A DNA stretch of 64,000 nt from Eledone cirrhosa (Eukaryota): positions 44,020,001 to 44,084,000 of the forward strand of contig OZ024740.1 in assembly GCA_964016885.1 (NCBI GenBank). The letters are read 5' to 3'. The notes under the pieces were generated by a model. The model did no database searches, was not told the origin of the DNA, and saw nothing but the letters and a program-made list of their open reading frames with translations. The stretch's first letter is position 1; every line of letters begins with the position of its first letter. Shown in pieces: positions 44,523 through 56,944 of this stretch. Made by a program: the position numbers and the translations under genes.

Positions 44523-45540
44523 TTGTCGCTCCTTCTACTACTCGGGATCAAGAGGAGGATGTTGATGATGATATGATGTTTTATCGTAACAAGACGTACT
44601 TCACAAAGCTCTTGTTTATGTGAATTTGTTTTTCAAAATTGAATGACATTTTCTGTTTAATTCATTCGATTTGATTCTAAGAAAAATAAGCAGTTTGTTG
44701 TTAAATTTTGACAGCTGCACGGAAAACACATGAGTACAACGAACAAAATTTTTGAAAAAGAAAGCTCTAATAGTATGAAACAAAGAAATATAAAAAAGAT
44801 TGTTCTTTAGTTTTTAATACGAATGAGCGTGATTTTGACAACTCGCTAAGCAATAACACAGATTTGCGTACACAAACACATTTGAAAATCATTAAAGAAT
44901 TTCTAGATGGAAAACAGCTTTAATAAAACGAAAACTTGTATTAGGGATATATTTTGAAGGACTCTCTCTTGCCCCCCCCCTCTCTCTCTCTCTCTTTGGT
45001 CAAGTTAAAGTGTGGTAAAGTTGTATTTAAAGCGTCTCTGTCTCCTTATTTGGTAAAAGGTATAGTAGGGATATTTATCAAGATGGACTGTGTCTCTTTA
45101 GTAGAGGAACATTTTAGTAGAGATGTATAGCTAGATCGAATTTGTCGAGGAAAAGTTTAGTAAGGATTTATATCTTGTCTCCTTAGTCGTGGCAAGGATT
45201 AGTGGTAATACATATCTTGAGGGACACTGTCTCCTTTGTCTACGAAAAGTTGAGCAGAGATTTATCTATAGAGTCTCCATCTCCTTAGTCAAGGAATTTA
45301 TCCAAGAAAGGACAAGTTAACATTTGTCATATATCTGTCACACAAAAAGAGGTGGGGTGTTGTATGCCCTCTAAGTGTGATTCAAAGAGACCCCTACTCC
45401 ACGACTAAAGCAATGATGTGCTCAAAGTGTGAGAGAGTGTGAGTGTGTTTACGGGTGTGTGAGTGTTGCTCTGTGTGTCTGTGCTTGAAAGAGAGGGAGA
45501 GATAGGGAGCTTGATTATGCGACACCATGGGTGGTTTTAA

Positions 45541-48410
45541 TGGTCCTTGTTGGTGTTGTTGCTGCTGCTGTTGTTGTTGCTGGTGGTGTTGTTTCCTTTA
45601 CTGTTGCTGTTGCTGGTGCTGATATTGTCTTTTGTTCCGGCTCCGGTCTTGGCAGCAACTGAAATTTGTGGCCCCCTAGAGTTTTTATCTGTGGGCAAAA
45701 AGCTCGCAGGTGTGTGGCTTCACTACCAACAAAACTGTCCTACCGTTTGCCCTCCGTGACTACCTGGATTTCGTATTCGTCTGGCAGCATGATGTGGTCC
45801 GGGAAATTGTTGATGTCTTCGGGTCTGATTTGGAGAAGAATCTCCAAAAAAATCCCGGAACACCTGTCATTCTTTGTAAATATAACGTCGAGGAGGGTAC
45901 AGGGCCCTCTGCCGCTATGCATCCTAGGAGCCACCATAAGTTTGGTCCTGGCGGAATCCTGGGAACATAGACTCTTACTGTTCTCCTCCGCAAGTAGGAC
46001 GGGTACATGATTATTTGCTCCGTTTTGCAGGGGACCAAAGAACCTCCACAGTAACATCCGATCCAACATCACCACCACCAACAACAACAGTGGCACCACC
46101 AATCTCACCACCACACTCAGCTTCAACAACACAATAAATAATGCCCCAAACACCCACAACATCCCACTTTTTCCGACCTTCATTCAACATGGCCTTACTC
46201 GGAATAGGCTGCATAAATGCACGTGTTTTGCATCATCTTGGAGGCAGGAGTCACCTGCTCAACGAACTCAGGCAAATGGACATGTGGTGACCACCCACGA
46301 GACCAGAATTTCCGAGATACAAACCTTCGCACCCATTTTCACTGTACGCTACGAGATGTATATATCCCCAAGCCATCCGGGATCTAGACGCCGAGTCACT
46401 GTGTTGTGTCTAAAAGACGTGGATCTCATGATGGAGACCAGTTTCCTGGACAAGTTGGTGGTGCTGGACGCGACCAGCAGCGAATGCAATGCTTTCATAT
46501 TAGTGACTGTCTGTGCCCAGATTTCTTCAGGCGCTTTGAGACATTTCTAGGAACGTACCAGTCTTTAGTGTTAGTGGGTCACTAGAACGGTATCTCAGAC
46601 GCAGACTGGGACTGCGTTGGATAAGCAGATAGGGGAGGAGGGTGTAAAATCTCGCAAACCTCCTCAGAGATTTCCAGGTACTGACAGGATTTCCCGAATG
46701 AGCTAATGTGGATATCTACAAACCGCATTGGGTCATCCAGATCGTATCTAGAGAGGGTTTTAGGGAAGTAGAAACGGCTAGCATAAGCTGTGCCCATTGA
46801 AAAATAGTTAATTACAGAGACTACATAACTTTGATTTTTAGAGTGGCTAGCTGATTTTCCTCGACGCCCAGGGTCTGACCAAGGAAATCGTCGCTCTTAC
46901 CCTCCACTAAACCTCTACAGAACTCCAAGGAAGAGTTTCCACCGATTGCAATGCCCGATTGACAAATGGCTGAGAGCTCTTGGAGACATTCCAGTTCCCA
47001 AGCTTTCACTCGTGCAGCTCCGCCAAGGAGAGAGCTGGGGTAAAACGTGCCTAGCAAAAGGCAACCACACCTTTTTACCGTCTAGGAAAATCTGAGATGT
47101 CGTAGTCTCAGCTCATGTCTGCGCATCCACGGCATGCCCAGTCCTCCACGCAGCAGGTATTGACAGCAAATAGACCACCTGACCATCAGTGTGCGTTCCT
47201 TCAACAAAAACTGAAAGGGCAAACGCTCCAGTGCAGTTAGACGAGGCTTAGTACAAAGCATCGCATGATGGTCAGGCGGTAATAGATGACGGACGCAATG
47301 TATACATTCGCCATCTCCACGGGACCTTTCGGGAATAACTTTCTCTCGACCCATTACTGAGTGAGAGGCCACCCTGCTCGTCACTTCATCCCAGTTTCTC
47401 TCTATTTGGAGGTCCGGACCAAATCAGACCCTAGCAATTTAATCTGTCCGTCAACCAGCGCCGATGACGCTGTTGGACGGCATAGACCTGCCTCTGCATG
47501 TGCCGAGCTGCAGGCCCAGTGACTTTCACTGGTTAATCTCTGCTCCTGCCAACGCCTCATATTCTTTTAGAGTGGTGCTGACCGTCTTGATGCGTTTGGC
47601 GTTCGACACCACAGCAGTGATATCGTCGGCATAATCTGACATGGTTCTCCCGCATCCCAGTTCACGCGGAATGACTGTCAACGTTCCTAGTTTATCAGCA
47701 ATGACTCTAGAGTTAATAAATACATCAGGGACGAGAGGGGACAACTTTGGCGAACAGACGTCATGATTTTGAAAGGTTCTGGAAGGTGCCCGTTCACTCT
47801 CACCACAAAGCAGATGTTGCTGTGCATGGCACCGACTCCATCCTCAGAGAATGGGTCTAAGCCGGCCGCCCTCAAGACCGCAGCCAGGTATTGATCGTCG
47901 ACCATATTGAATGCTTTCGATTGATCTAAATTGATTAGGGCCCCACCAGCCCCAAGCTCCTTAGCTACACTCTCCACTATATATCGGAGGTTGTCGTCGA
48001 TGGATCTTTTGGGAATCATTGCGTTTAGCAGTGTTATGTGCCTGAAATTATCTATGTTGTCCCCCATGTTCGGGTCTTTTTTCAGCAGCGCCACCGCTCT
48101 TCGGCTCACAGGTATTCCATGATGTCACTGATGATGTCTGGCATGTGTACGTAAAGCACGTAGGGCAGACCATCGAAACCAGACGATTTACACCTCACGC
48201 CGCCAAACATTGGATTCCGTATTTCAACGGCAGTTATCGGCTTTTCGCAACACTCCGTCTCCATTGCCATGTACCGCGGAAGGCGGTTGAGCTAGGGACT
48301 AAAGTCCATTCCGCGATCCGGCCCGCCCATCCCCGCCGAGCAGTTGAGCAAAGTGCTGTTGAAAATCTGCACACATCTGCTCGGAATGGATTAACATACA
48401 CCCGTCGTGC
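45541..48410. mobile_element. Old rearranged Tx1-like LINE: ORF1 piece (-), APE endonuclease piece (+), RT piece (-)
   Basis: 45541-46031 (-) YPSYLRRRTVRV..VVTEGKR plus knuckle remnant; 46190-46870 (+) IGCINAR..SRSYLERV; 46900-48410 (-) GFDGLPY, LDQSKAF, VRQSCPLS, YADD. Confidence 0.75.
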
Positions 48411-49989
48411 TGCACCAAAGACCGGACCATGGTTTTGGAGATGGAGGTGTAGTGCTATTGTAATTTGTGTGGTTATTATTGTGTGACTGAAGGCGGTGGA
48501 TTGTCAGAATCATTAGAGCATCGGACAAATGCTTTGCAATATTTGTTCCGGCTATTTACGTTCTGTGTTCAAATTCCACCGAGGTTAATTTTGCCTTTCA
48601 TCCATCCTGGACCCAGGAGGTTAATTATATCAACCTCAGTTCAGGAACTGAGGTTGATATAATTAGCTTTCCCTTGACCGCAAAATTCCAGTCCTTGTGC
48701 CTAGACGAAAAGTGATTATCCTTTTACAGTCTGAGTTAAAATCCCGCCGAGGTTAACTTAGCCTTTCATCCTTACGGAATCGATAAAATAAAGTACCAGT
48801 AATGGCCTTGTGCCAAAAGTAAAAACAATTATTATTGTCAAATTGATAAGACGTACTTTTTAATGGGTTTCGAGGTTGGATTACTTCATGACTATCACAT
48901 GAACATTTTTCTTTAAAGCACTTGTAAATCTGGATTATTTCACAGCCAACGGATTTCCTGACAGTGCAAAATCTGTCAAATTTGTGGCAGATCTGGAAAT
49001 TTTCTTGACGGTTTTGTATGTTACCTTTCTTTCCTATTTTGTTTGCAAACATTCTCACGAATAACAAAATGATAAGATACGCCGCTAAAAATTGAGCGTA
49101 TGAGATATAAAAAAAAAGAATATTAATATAATTCCACAGCGAAATATTAATATTTAACTATAAAAAATATAAGGAATCAATGTTTTTATAGCCAAAAAAT
49201 TACCAGTTTAGATATCACGAGTGAAAATATTGCCAACAATACGAACAAACACTTCATGTCAAACGAAGATATTTCGGCACCTTCACATGTAAATGGCATA
49301 GTTTCTAGCGTAGTAAACGATGAAGAATATTAAAATATGAATCTAATGTCGATAAAAGAATCATTATGTGGGAAACACATTTTTGAGAAAAACATATCTC
49401 TATAAGAAGACTACGTACAGGAGCAACCAGAGCAAAAAATAGCTACTTCTGTTCTCTAAAAATGGAGAGGGGGCATGTCTCCAAAGAATGAAGAGTAACA
49501 GATGATATAATAGACTTGAGGGAAATTATCTCGTCTAACACAGGGAGAACCTATAGTACTATGAGCATATTTTAGAGAGTGAAAAAGCCAGAAAGTCTAA
49601 GGCAGTCATGGGCAACCTGCGGCTCGTAAAGCTTTCTGAAAGGCTCGCCTAAGTCACCTAAGTGAAATCTTTCTGAAATTGTTACCCCAACTTTTCAGTC
49701 GTAATTTATCTTTATATCGTGTTTACGATCGAGGAAAACAACGTGTACGAATTCTGAAGAAACAAATCAAAACAACCTGAGTTACCGCCCTTTTTAAATG
49801 TGGGGGCACGAATGTAAATTAGTGCTTGCTAAAAAGCAATGATGGCCTGATGATGAGCCATATCTCATGCGGCACTTTTCTCGTGGTCTAAGGCACACGC
49901 CCTAATACTAATGCCCGAAATACTAATGCCCGAAAACAGATAAATACAAGTAGGGCAGTCAGCGACATCATTAACGATTTTGACATTTG

Positions 49990-51060
49990 ACTTATTGTCA
50001 CCTTTTTACTGTTATAGTGAGCCATTTGGTGATATTTTCAGAAGCTGTATATAATGATCCTTTCTCTATAGATACTGTACTTAGTGAGTCTACTATAACT
50101 CTGAACATTGGAATCGTATCATAATCGCATATTACCATTCTGGAGGTCTTCAGCGGTTCTAAGTCCCACTTTAAATCCTGGTATATATCTATCCTCACGC
50201 TTTCTATTCCTTTCACTGCGGTGCCGAATGAACAAGCTATATCTACCATTTTATAAGTTGTTATATCTTTTTCTAGGAGTTACGGTTCCATACATACATA
50301 TATGTCTCTAGTGCAACTAGATCTGAGTTTCAGTGTTTCAATTTCTTGCTCTGTCTGTATTTTCGTGAAACATTTCGACATTTCCAAATTTAACAACATT
50401 CGCTCGTCAATGTTCATGCAATTTTTCTGGTTGTTCTAAACTGTGTTTTACACAATTGTAAGCGTGAAACTGATACAATTTCTTTATACCTTCAACATTT
50501 GTACTATTTCTCTGTTCAGCTTTTACACCCTGGTAGAAAATGCGTTACAATCTCTTTTCTCTCGCTCTATAATCGATATAGTGATGATATATATTCCTTA
50601 TTTGTGTCTTCTGATTGATCATGTCCTTACAGTATAGTTAGTATAGTGGGTTGCTATTATAGTGGCTTCTTTAGCTTCCTTCAAATCTTATTTTTCTTCA
50701 CTAGTCCCAAAATCGAATGCGTTATCTTCGAAGTAAATTCCATGCATTTTGTTCTTCAGCTTTTCTTTCCTGCTTTCTATAACATCGTAATTTTTTATTC
50801 CAGCGTTTATTGTACTTGTATTTATTGTTCCTTCCTTTTTCACAGATCTCGAAATACTTTTCTTATTTTCTAACCCGTATTGTAACAATAGTATTCCTCA
50901 TTTACAACACAGTGCTCTACATTGATCAAACTTCTACTATCTCATCGTTCCATACGCAATGTATCATTATCACATTTCTTATAAAACATGTACATTTTCA
51001 TCAGCTTTTTTGTTTTTCTATCAACATCCTGTCGTGCTTCAGTGTTCCAACACGTAATAA
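49990..51060 (-). mobile_element. Ancient R4/Dong-like LINE remnant with restriction-like endonuclease
   Basis: DRKTKKLM..LINVEHCV, KNKMHG, VDIACSF..YQDLKWDL..VIVDSLSTV resemble R4-clade C-terminal motifs. Confidence 0.65.
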
Positions 51061-51693
51061 CTACACAATAGCACACAGCATAGATTATGGAGAGACCACT
51101 TGAATTTATAGCTATGGAGATATTCCTAATATTCAGGTGGGATTTTTATATTTTATTCTTCCTTTTTATCTCTTATTTGTTTTACAATATTCTTTATGCT
51201 TTGTCTTATCTTCGATCAGGTTGTCGAGGTATCGGTCACATCTCCAGCGTTCTTGGCCTCCGGACCACCTCTTTTCCCACTTCTATCAAGGCGGAGATGG
51301 CAACCAGCAGGAGCGAGACCTACGAGTTGGAATGACTCTTCCAACACGTTCCCTTGCCATCCTCCAGGTCAACGTCTTCTCCATTCTGTTCAATGGAACC
51401 AGGTGACAGCCTGTACGTGTGCTCCCACACACATCAGAGAAATCTTCCCCACACCATCCGGGCTCGATTCAATGGAGTAGCGATGCTAAGTTGTGCTAGA
51501 GAGATAAATGTAATAACCATTTTACTAAACTTAAATTTCAGCTTGTAAAATTATAACTAATCTTACACGATACCTACCTATTAATTCCATATTGTCACCT
51601 TTTCACAATAACGATCCCCACTGGCCAATTCTGACTTCCATTCTCATCTCCTCACTCAAATGCCGTACGTTGTTCAATTTACCAAAGTGTTAA

Positions 51694-52050
51694 GCTGCTG
51701 CTGCTGCTGCTGCCGTTGCTGCTGCTGCTCATACAACCACTGCTACAGCAATTGTCACTGAAGCTACTATTGATATTGTTGCTACGACTGTCACTTCTCC
51801 CATTGCTGCCGTTGCTCTTGCTACCGCCATTGTTATTGTTGTTGCTGGTGGTGGTATTGCTGCTGTTATTGTTATTATTGTTGCTGCTGCTGCTACTACT
51901 GTTGTTACTGCTGTTGCTTCTGCTACTAATGCTGCTGCTTTTGTTGCTACTGCCGCTATTGTTGTTGCTGCTGCTGCTACATCTGTTACTGCTGTTGTTG
52001 ATGTCGTTGATGTCATTGCTGCTACTGCTACTGCTGCTATTTTTGTTGTA
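51694..52050. repeat. Compound trinucleotide low-complexity tract (GCT/GTT/ACT)
   Basis: Direct reading of the sequence. Confidence 0.9.
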
Positions 52051-53506
52051 GTTAAGATTAATTTAACACAAAATTGACACAGGTTGTGTTGAAAGGATTT
52101 TTATAAAATCTAGTTACTTCTTTTGTTTAGTTTTGTTTCTTTTAATTTTCAGTTCAAGTCCCACTAAGTTTGACTTTTCCTTTCATTTTTCATAGCTAGG
52201 TCCATAAGATTATAGACCAGTGAAGAATACTCCCACAAATCTAGTTGACCTTTCTATCCCAAAGTATTTTACCCTGTGTCTATAGTAGAACTTATATTGT
52301 TGTTATATTTACCCAAATTGAAATTCTTGCTTATAGGTCAGTCCTATTGTTCTTATATTTCTTGTACATATGCAATGAACGTTACACAACTACTTTTACT
52401 TACTCAAAAATATGTGAATTTATGTCACATAAACACCCAACATATACCAATAAGGTTTCTTTTTTCTGTCTATCGCTTTACATAAACTTTGAATGACCAA
52501 AAATGGCGCATAAAGTTCGTAATTTATCTCACATAACGTCATAAGAAGCGGTTGTTATCATAGAAATAATCTTCTTTGTTGAAATACATTATATCAATCA
52601 TTTAGAGTGAATTATATTTAGTAACAATTCTTTCTAAAATTGACATAAGGTCAGCAATTTGGAGGGAAGGGAAAGGTGATCATACAGACTCAAGTATTTC
52701 ATTGATGCTATATTTTATCGACCGTAGATAGAGAAAAGGCAAAGTTGACCCCGGTGACATTTGAACATAAAATGTAAAGTGCAGGAACAAATAAATGCTG
52801 CAAAGCATTTTATCCGACGATCTATTGATTCTGCCAATCCAATGCCCATATAATTAAATAACGATATTATTTAATTTTATTATTTCTAATACTTTCAGTA
52901 CTCTATATCGCTTTTCGTTAATGCTTTCACTTATTAAATGCGTTTATACTAGACTCGGGGCAAGATCTAATGTAGGGCAAAGGGGGAAAATACCCCGTAA
53001 TCCCCGTAGAGGATGGGCGCACCATCAACAGTCGTAGCAATTTATTTGAGCCCTCTGCTGGGCTTTATAGTTTTATCCCTTTCAAAAGGAGAACTATATT
53101 TTTAACACAAATGATTCAATGTCCTTGCCAAATATGTAATATATGTAACCATGCCAAATATGTAATGTATGAGCAAGATGAGATTGCTCCTATATGTCTG
53201 GTCTCAGACTGCAGCAACCTGTCCAAATCATCCCAGTGTGGAAAGTTGACGTAACAAGAGGATGGTTAGATTTTTTTTTTTATTTAATACCTGTATGTAT
53301 AACTTTTCAATTCCAATTACTTGCTCCAGCCGACTTTGATATGTAAAATTGGCGGTTTCGTGTGTATTCTAAGTTTTGTGTATGCGGGAGCCCCCAAACC
53401 TGAAATATTCCGTACCCACCAAGCTCTAAGTCCAGCCCTAACTAGACTAAACTCAAATTCAAACTCAAACTCGGAAAGTTTCTGTCTTTCAATTTCTTGT
53501 TGATAA

Positions 53507-53700
53507 ATAATTGTTTCTACTTTAGGCACAAGGCCAGCAATTATTATCCAGTGCATTACTGGTACTTTATTTTATCGACCCCGTAAGGATGAAAGGCAAA
53601 GTCAACCTCGGCGGGATTTGAACTCAGATCGTAAAGGGACGTAGCTATGCTGGAAAGCATGGCGTCCGACCCTCTACCGAATCTGCCAATCCACCGCCCT
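53507..53700 (-). mobile_element. SINE family A
   Basis: Nearly identical to 1250-1435. Confidence 0.9.
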
Positions 53701-54014
53701 TATATATGACATTAAGATAATGTCATATATTTTGTAATGTTTTTTCTTCAGCTATGAAGTTCATCAATATTACCGTACCGTACTCTACACATTTGAAAAT
53801 GCTTCTCTGCAAACTTCGTTAACAAATATGCATTGTTAAGAAAGTTGTAAAGAAACAGAATCTAGAAAGGAGTAATAAACTGTAGCAATGTCGATCTCCC
53901 ATGTCTGAGCGTGGCTGCCACTGTTAGTACTTGAGCTGTGTGTGGGGTGAGGCAAATAACATCCCACGCTACGCAATAATTCCTGCGCTGCTAATCTAGA
54001 ATTTCATTATATAA

Positions 54015-54450
54015 CGTGTCCTTCCCTTTTTGAATCGTTATCGTGTAATTTTAAGGAAATTCAGCAGGTATTTCTAGCCAGTGAACTGATATGGTAGAAA
54101 TTCTTGTTTGCCTTCTCTTTTCAAAACGTTAGGGTGTAATTTGAAAGAAATGCGGTAGTAATGTTTAGCATCACACATAACTACATAGAAACTTCCTCTT
54201 CCCTTCTTCACCTTTCAAAACATTAGAGTATAATTTGAGAAACATCCAGTTGCTAATTCTAGCCGGTTGAGCGACTAGGTAGAGATTTCTTTTTTGTCCT
54301 TCCATTTTCAAAACTCTAACGTCTAATTTGAGAGATATACGACTGCTATTTATAACTGGTTGAGCGGCCACGTAGGGACTGTCTGTTTGTCCTTCCATTT
54401 TCGAAACGTTAAGTTGTAATATGAGAAATATATGGCTGCTATTTTTAGAG
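54015..54450. repeat. Diverged ~93-bp tandem repeat, about 5 units
   Basis: t(g)ccttc..tttcaaaac..taattt-like motif recurs at ~54017, 54109, 54201, 54295, 54388. Confidence 0.75.
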
Positions 54451-54599
54451 ACTTCCACGTTAGTTCATTACATTTTATATTAACTTCATTTTGCATTTGT
54501 GTAATATTCCTAACACGTTCCTTAATTTTCTAGTTGTACTTAGAAAAATGTTTTGAGATATTTTCTTCCTTTTATTTTCTTATTTCTCTATTGATATTG

Positions 54600-54910
54600 T
54601 CTGTGTATTTGATGGGCCTCCGTCGTTTACGGCGATAAGTGTGCCAGTTGTTTAAACAACGTAACAACTTGTTCATAAAATTAACGAGCTAGGAACTGAA
54701 GATTCCACAGAGACGCATACCCTTAACGTAATTCTCGGGGGTATTCAGACATATTATATGACGTGGCTGGCCTTTTAAATTATAGGTGCAACTCGTTTTC
54801 AGTGGCTGAGTGGACTGGAGCAACGTGTGATAAATTATCTTGTTCAATGATATAACACATAACTGGGAATCGAATTAACGAACTTACAACCATGAGACGT
54901 ACACCCTATG
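54600..54910 (-). mobile_element. Second tRNA-derived SINE family (related pieces at ~31165-31280 and ~55300-55510, +)
   Basis: ggctgagtggactggagcaacgtg body and a B-box-like gttcgattcc-type motif. Confidence 0.65.
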
Positions 54911-55614
54911 TTAATTCATCTTTATCATTTACTACTATGAGTTCAAATCCCGCCGAGGTTAACTTTGCCTTTCATTCTTACGGGGACGATAAAATAAAGT
55001 ACCAGTAATACACTGGGAAATTGCTGGCCTTGTGCCAAAAGTAGAAACAATTATTACATAATACGTCTGGTATTACATCTTTTTCGGACGTTGGAGCGGG
55101 AAAACATCTTTGGTATTTGTCGCTTCACATTTCATTAAATTGTTTCTTTCATGTTCAGGATTATTTGGGGTTTGTTACAATCGTGCCTTTCTTTTTTTTT
55201 CATCTACGATAACAATATTGGGTCTTCCAATTTCTAGTATAGTGTTGTATTGTATGTTGGAATTTGCCATTTATCTTAATTATACCAGAAGTTTAGTGAA
55301 GGTGAGTACCTTAGTGATAAGATTATTCGGCTCACTATAGGGAAGTCATGAGTACACTTCGCGGCGGCGCGTTATGTTCTTGAGCAAAATATTTATTTTA
55401 CGCTGATCATCCCTGCAAAATACTTAAAGGTACACGTGTCTGTGGAATGCTCAGTCCGTTCCGTTGATCAAATCAACTGGAACACTTATCGTCATAACTG
55501 ACGGAGTACCAGTTTTACCAGAAGCCTATTGTTCATACATTTTTTCTTTATTTCATTCGTAATATTTTCCACCCATTTTCGATGTGATCATCCGAAGGAA
55601 ATATTTCTTTCTCA

Positions 55615-55880
55615 ACTATAACTATACACGTCTCTTCCACGTGAACATCATTTGATCTCTCTTAACTATACCATAATGACACACAACTATTACCCAGGGA
55701 CGTCATGTAATCCACCTATATACACGAGCTTAATGACACTCATCTGTTCCACGTAGAAATTATGTGATATCTCTTAACTATACCTTATTGGGACGTATCT
55801 CTTCCACGTGCACATCACGTGATCTCCCTCACCTATCGCATAATGACACATATCTGTCCTACGTGGACATTATGTTATTT
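55615..55880. repeat. Diverged ~57-bp tandem repeat
   Basis: tct(c)ttccacgt..atctctcttaactatacc..taatgacac recurs 4-5 times. Confidence 0.7.
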
Positions 55881-56297
55881 CTTTATATACATGGCCCAAG
55901 ACTTTTCAGATCTCGAATACTTCAAAATCATTTTCATTGAACTTTTGAAAGACATGGTATCAATGGTATATGACATATGAGAGTAACTCATATGAAAAAG
56001 AAAAATATATTTAATTTATTCCCAGAGATTATTTATGAGAGGCAAATAACAATAATTTAATCTTTCACATCCGTTCCTCTAAAACTGCTCATATATCCTC
56101 TTCCGACCAAACATTGTCTTAATATCTTTAAATATCCCCCCTTGATACACATGAATCCTATAAAAATAATTGAATTTCAAGTATTTTAGCTGCTTTCATC
56201 ATTTCCAAATACAGTTCCTTATTATTACTTACGTAACATTGCTAAAGGTCAGCCTACCCTAATACACACTCTATAAATCATTATATTAATCCTAATA

Positions 56298-56492
56298 AGG
56301 GCGGTGGATTGGCAGTATCGGTAGAGGGTCGGATGCTATGCTTTGACGTATAGAGTTACGGCCCTTGCCATTCTGAGTTCAAATCCCGTCGAGGTTAACT
56401 TTGCCTTTCATCCTTACGGAGTCGATAAAATAAAGTACCAGTAATTCTCTGGATAATTTCTGGCCTTGTGCCAAACGTAGAAACAATTATAT
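56298..56492 (+). mobile_element. SINE family A (partial copies also at ~48725-48835 and ~54938-55055)
   Basis: Consensus match. Confidence 0.9.
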
Positions 56493-56944
56493 TAATCCTA
56501 ATAACGTTTTGCTTTGATGTATTGCGCTATTTAGGAAAATAACGATTCAGGTTTTCTTGTGTTAACCTACTTTTTTCTATTTCTTGACAATACAAAAAAT
56601 CAACGACAAGACATAGGAATTAAAATTACATTTTCTCGTTTTTACAGCAATTTAAACCTTCTGAATATTGCTCTTGAGATATTTTGCTGGTGATAATTTC
56701 GAAATATTTCCATTATAAACATGTCTCCCAATTTATCAAACTCTATCATATCTATTTACTTCGTTATCTGGAGCACGCATCGTCGATATTGACGGAGATC
56801 CATTGCATTCCATTTATTTGCCAATATTATTTTCGTTTTCTTTTGGTTTCAGATTATGAATTTAAAGTCGACCACAGTATGATAGGAAGCATGCTACAAA
56901 ACCTGTGACAGTACAATGAGCAGGCGGAAAACAATAACAATAAC

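Noticed and set aside
49602-49660. hAT transposon
   Set aside because: Only one TIR-like end (cagtcatgggcaacctgcggc); no partner end or TSD found.
51716-52051. Poly-Leu / Ala-Thr ORFs (also poly-Tyr/Ser at 44324-44565)
   Set aside because: Trinucleotide repeat tracts with no supporting gene structure.
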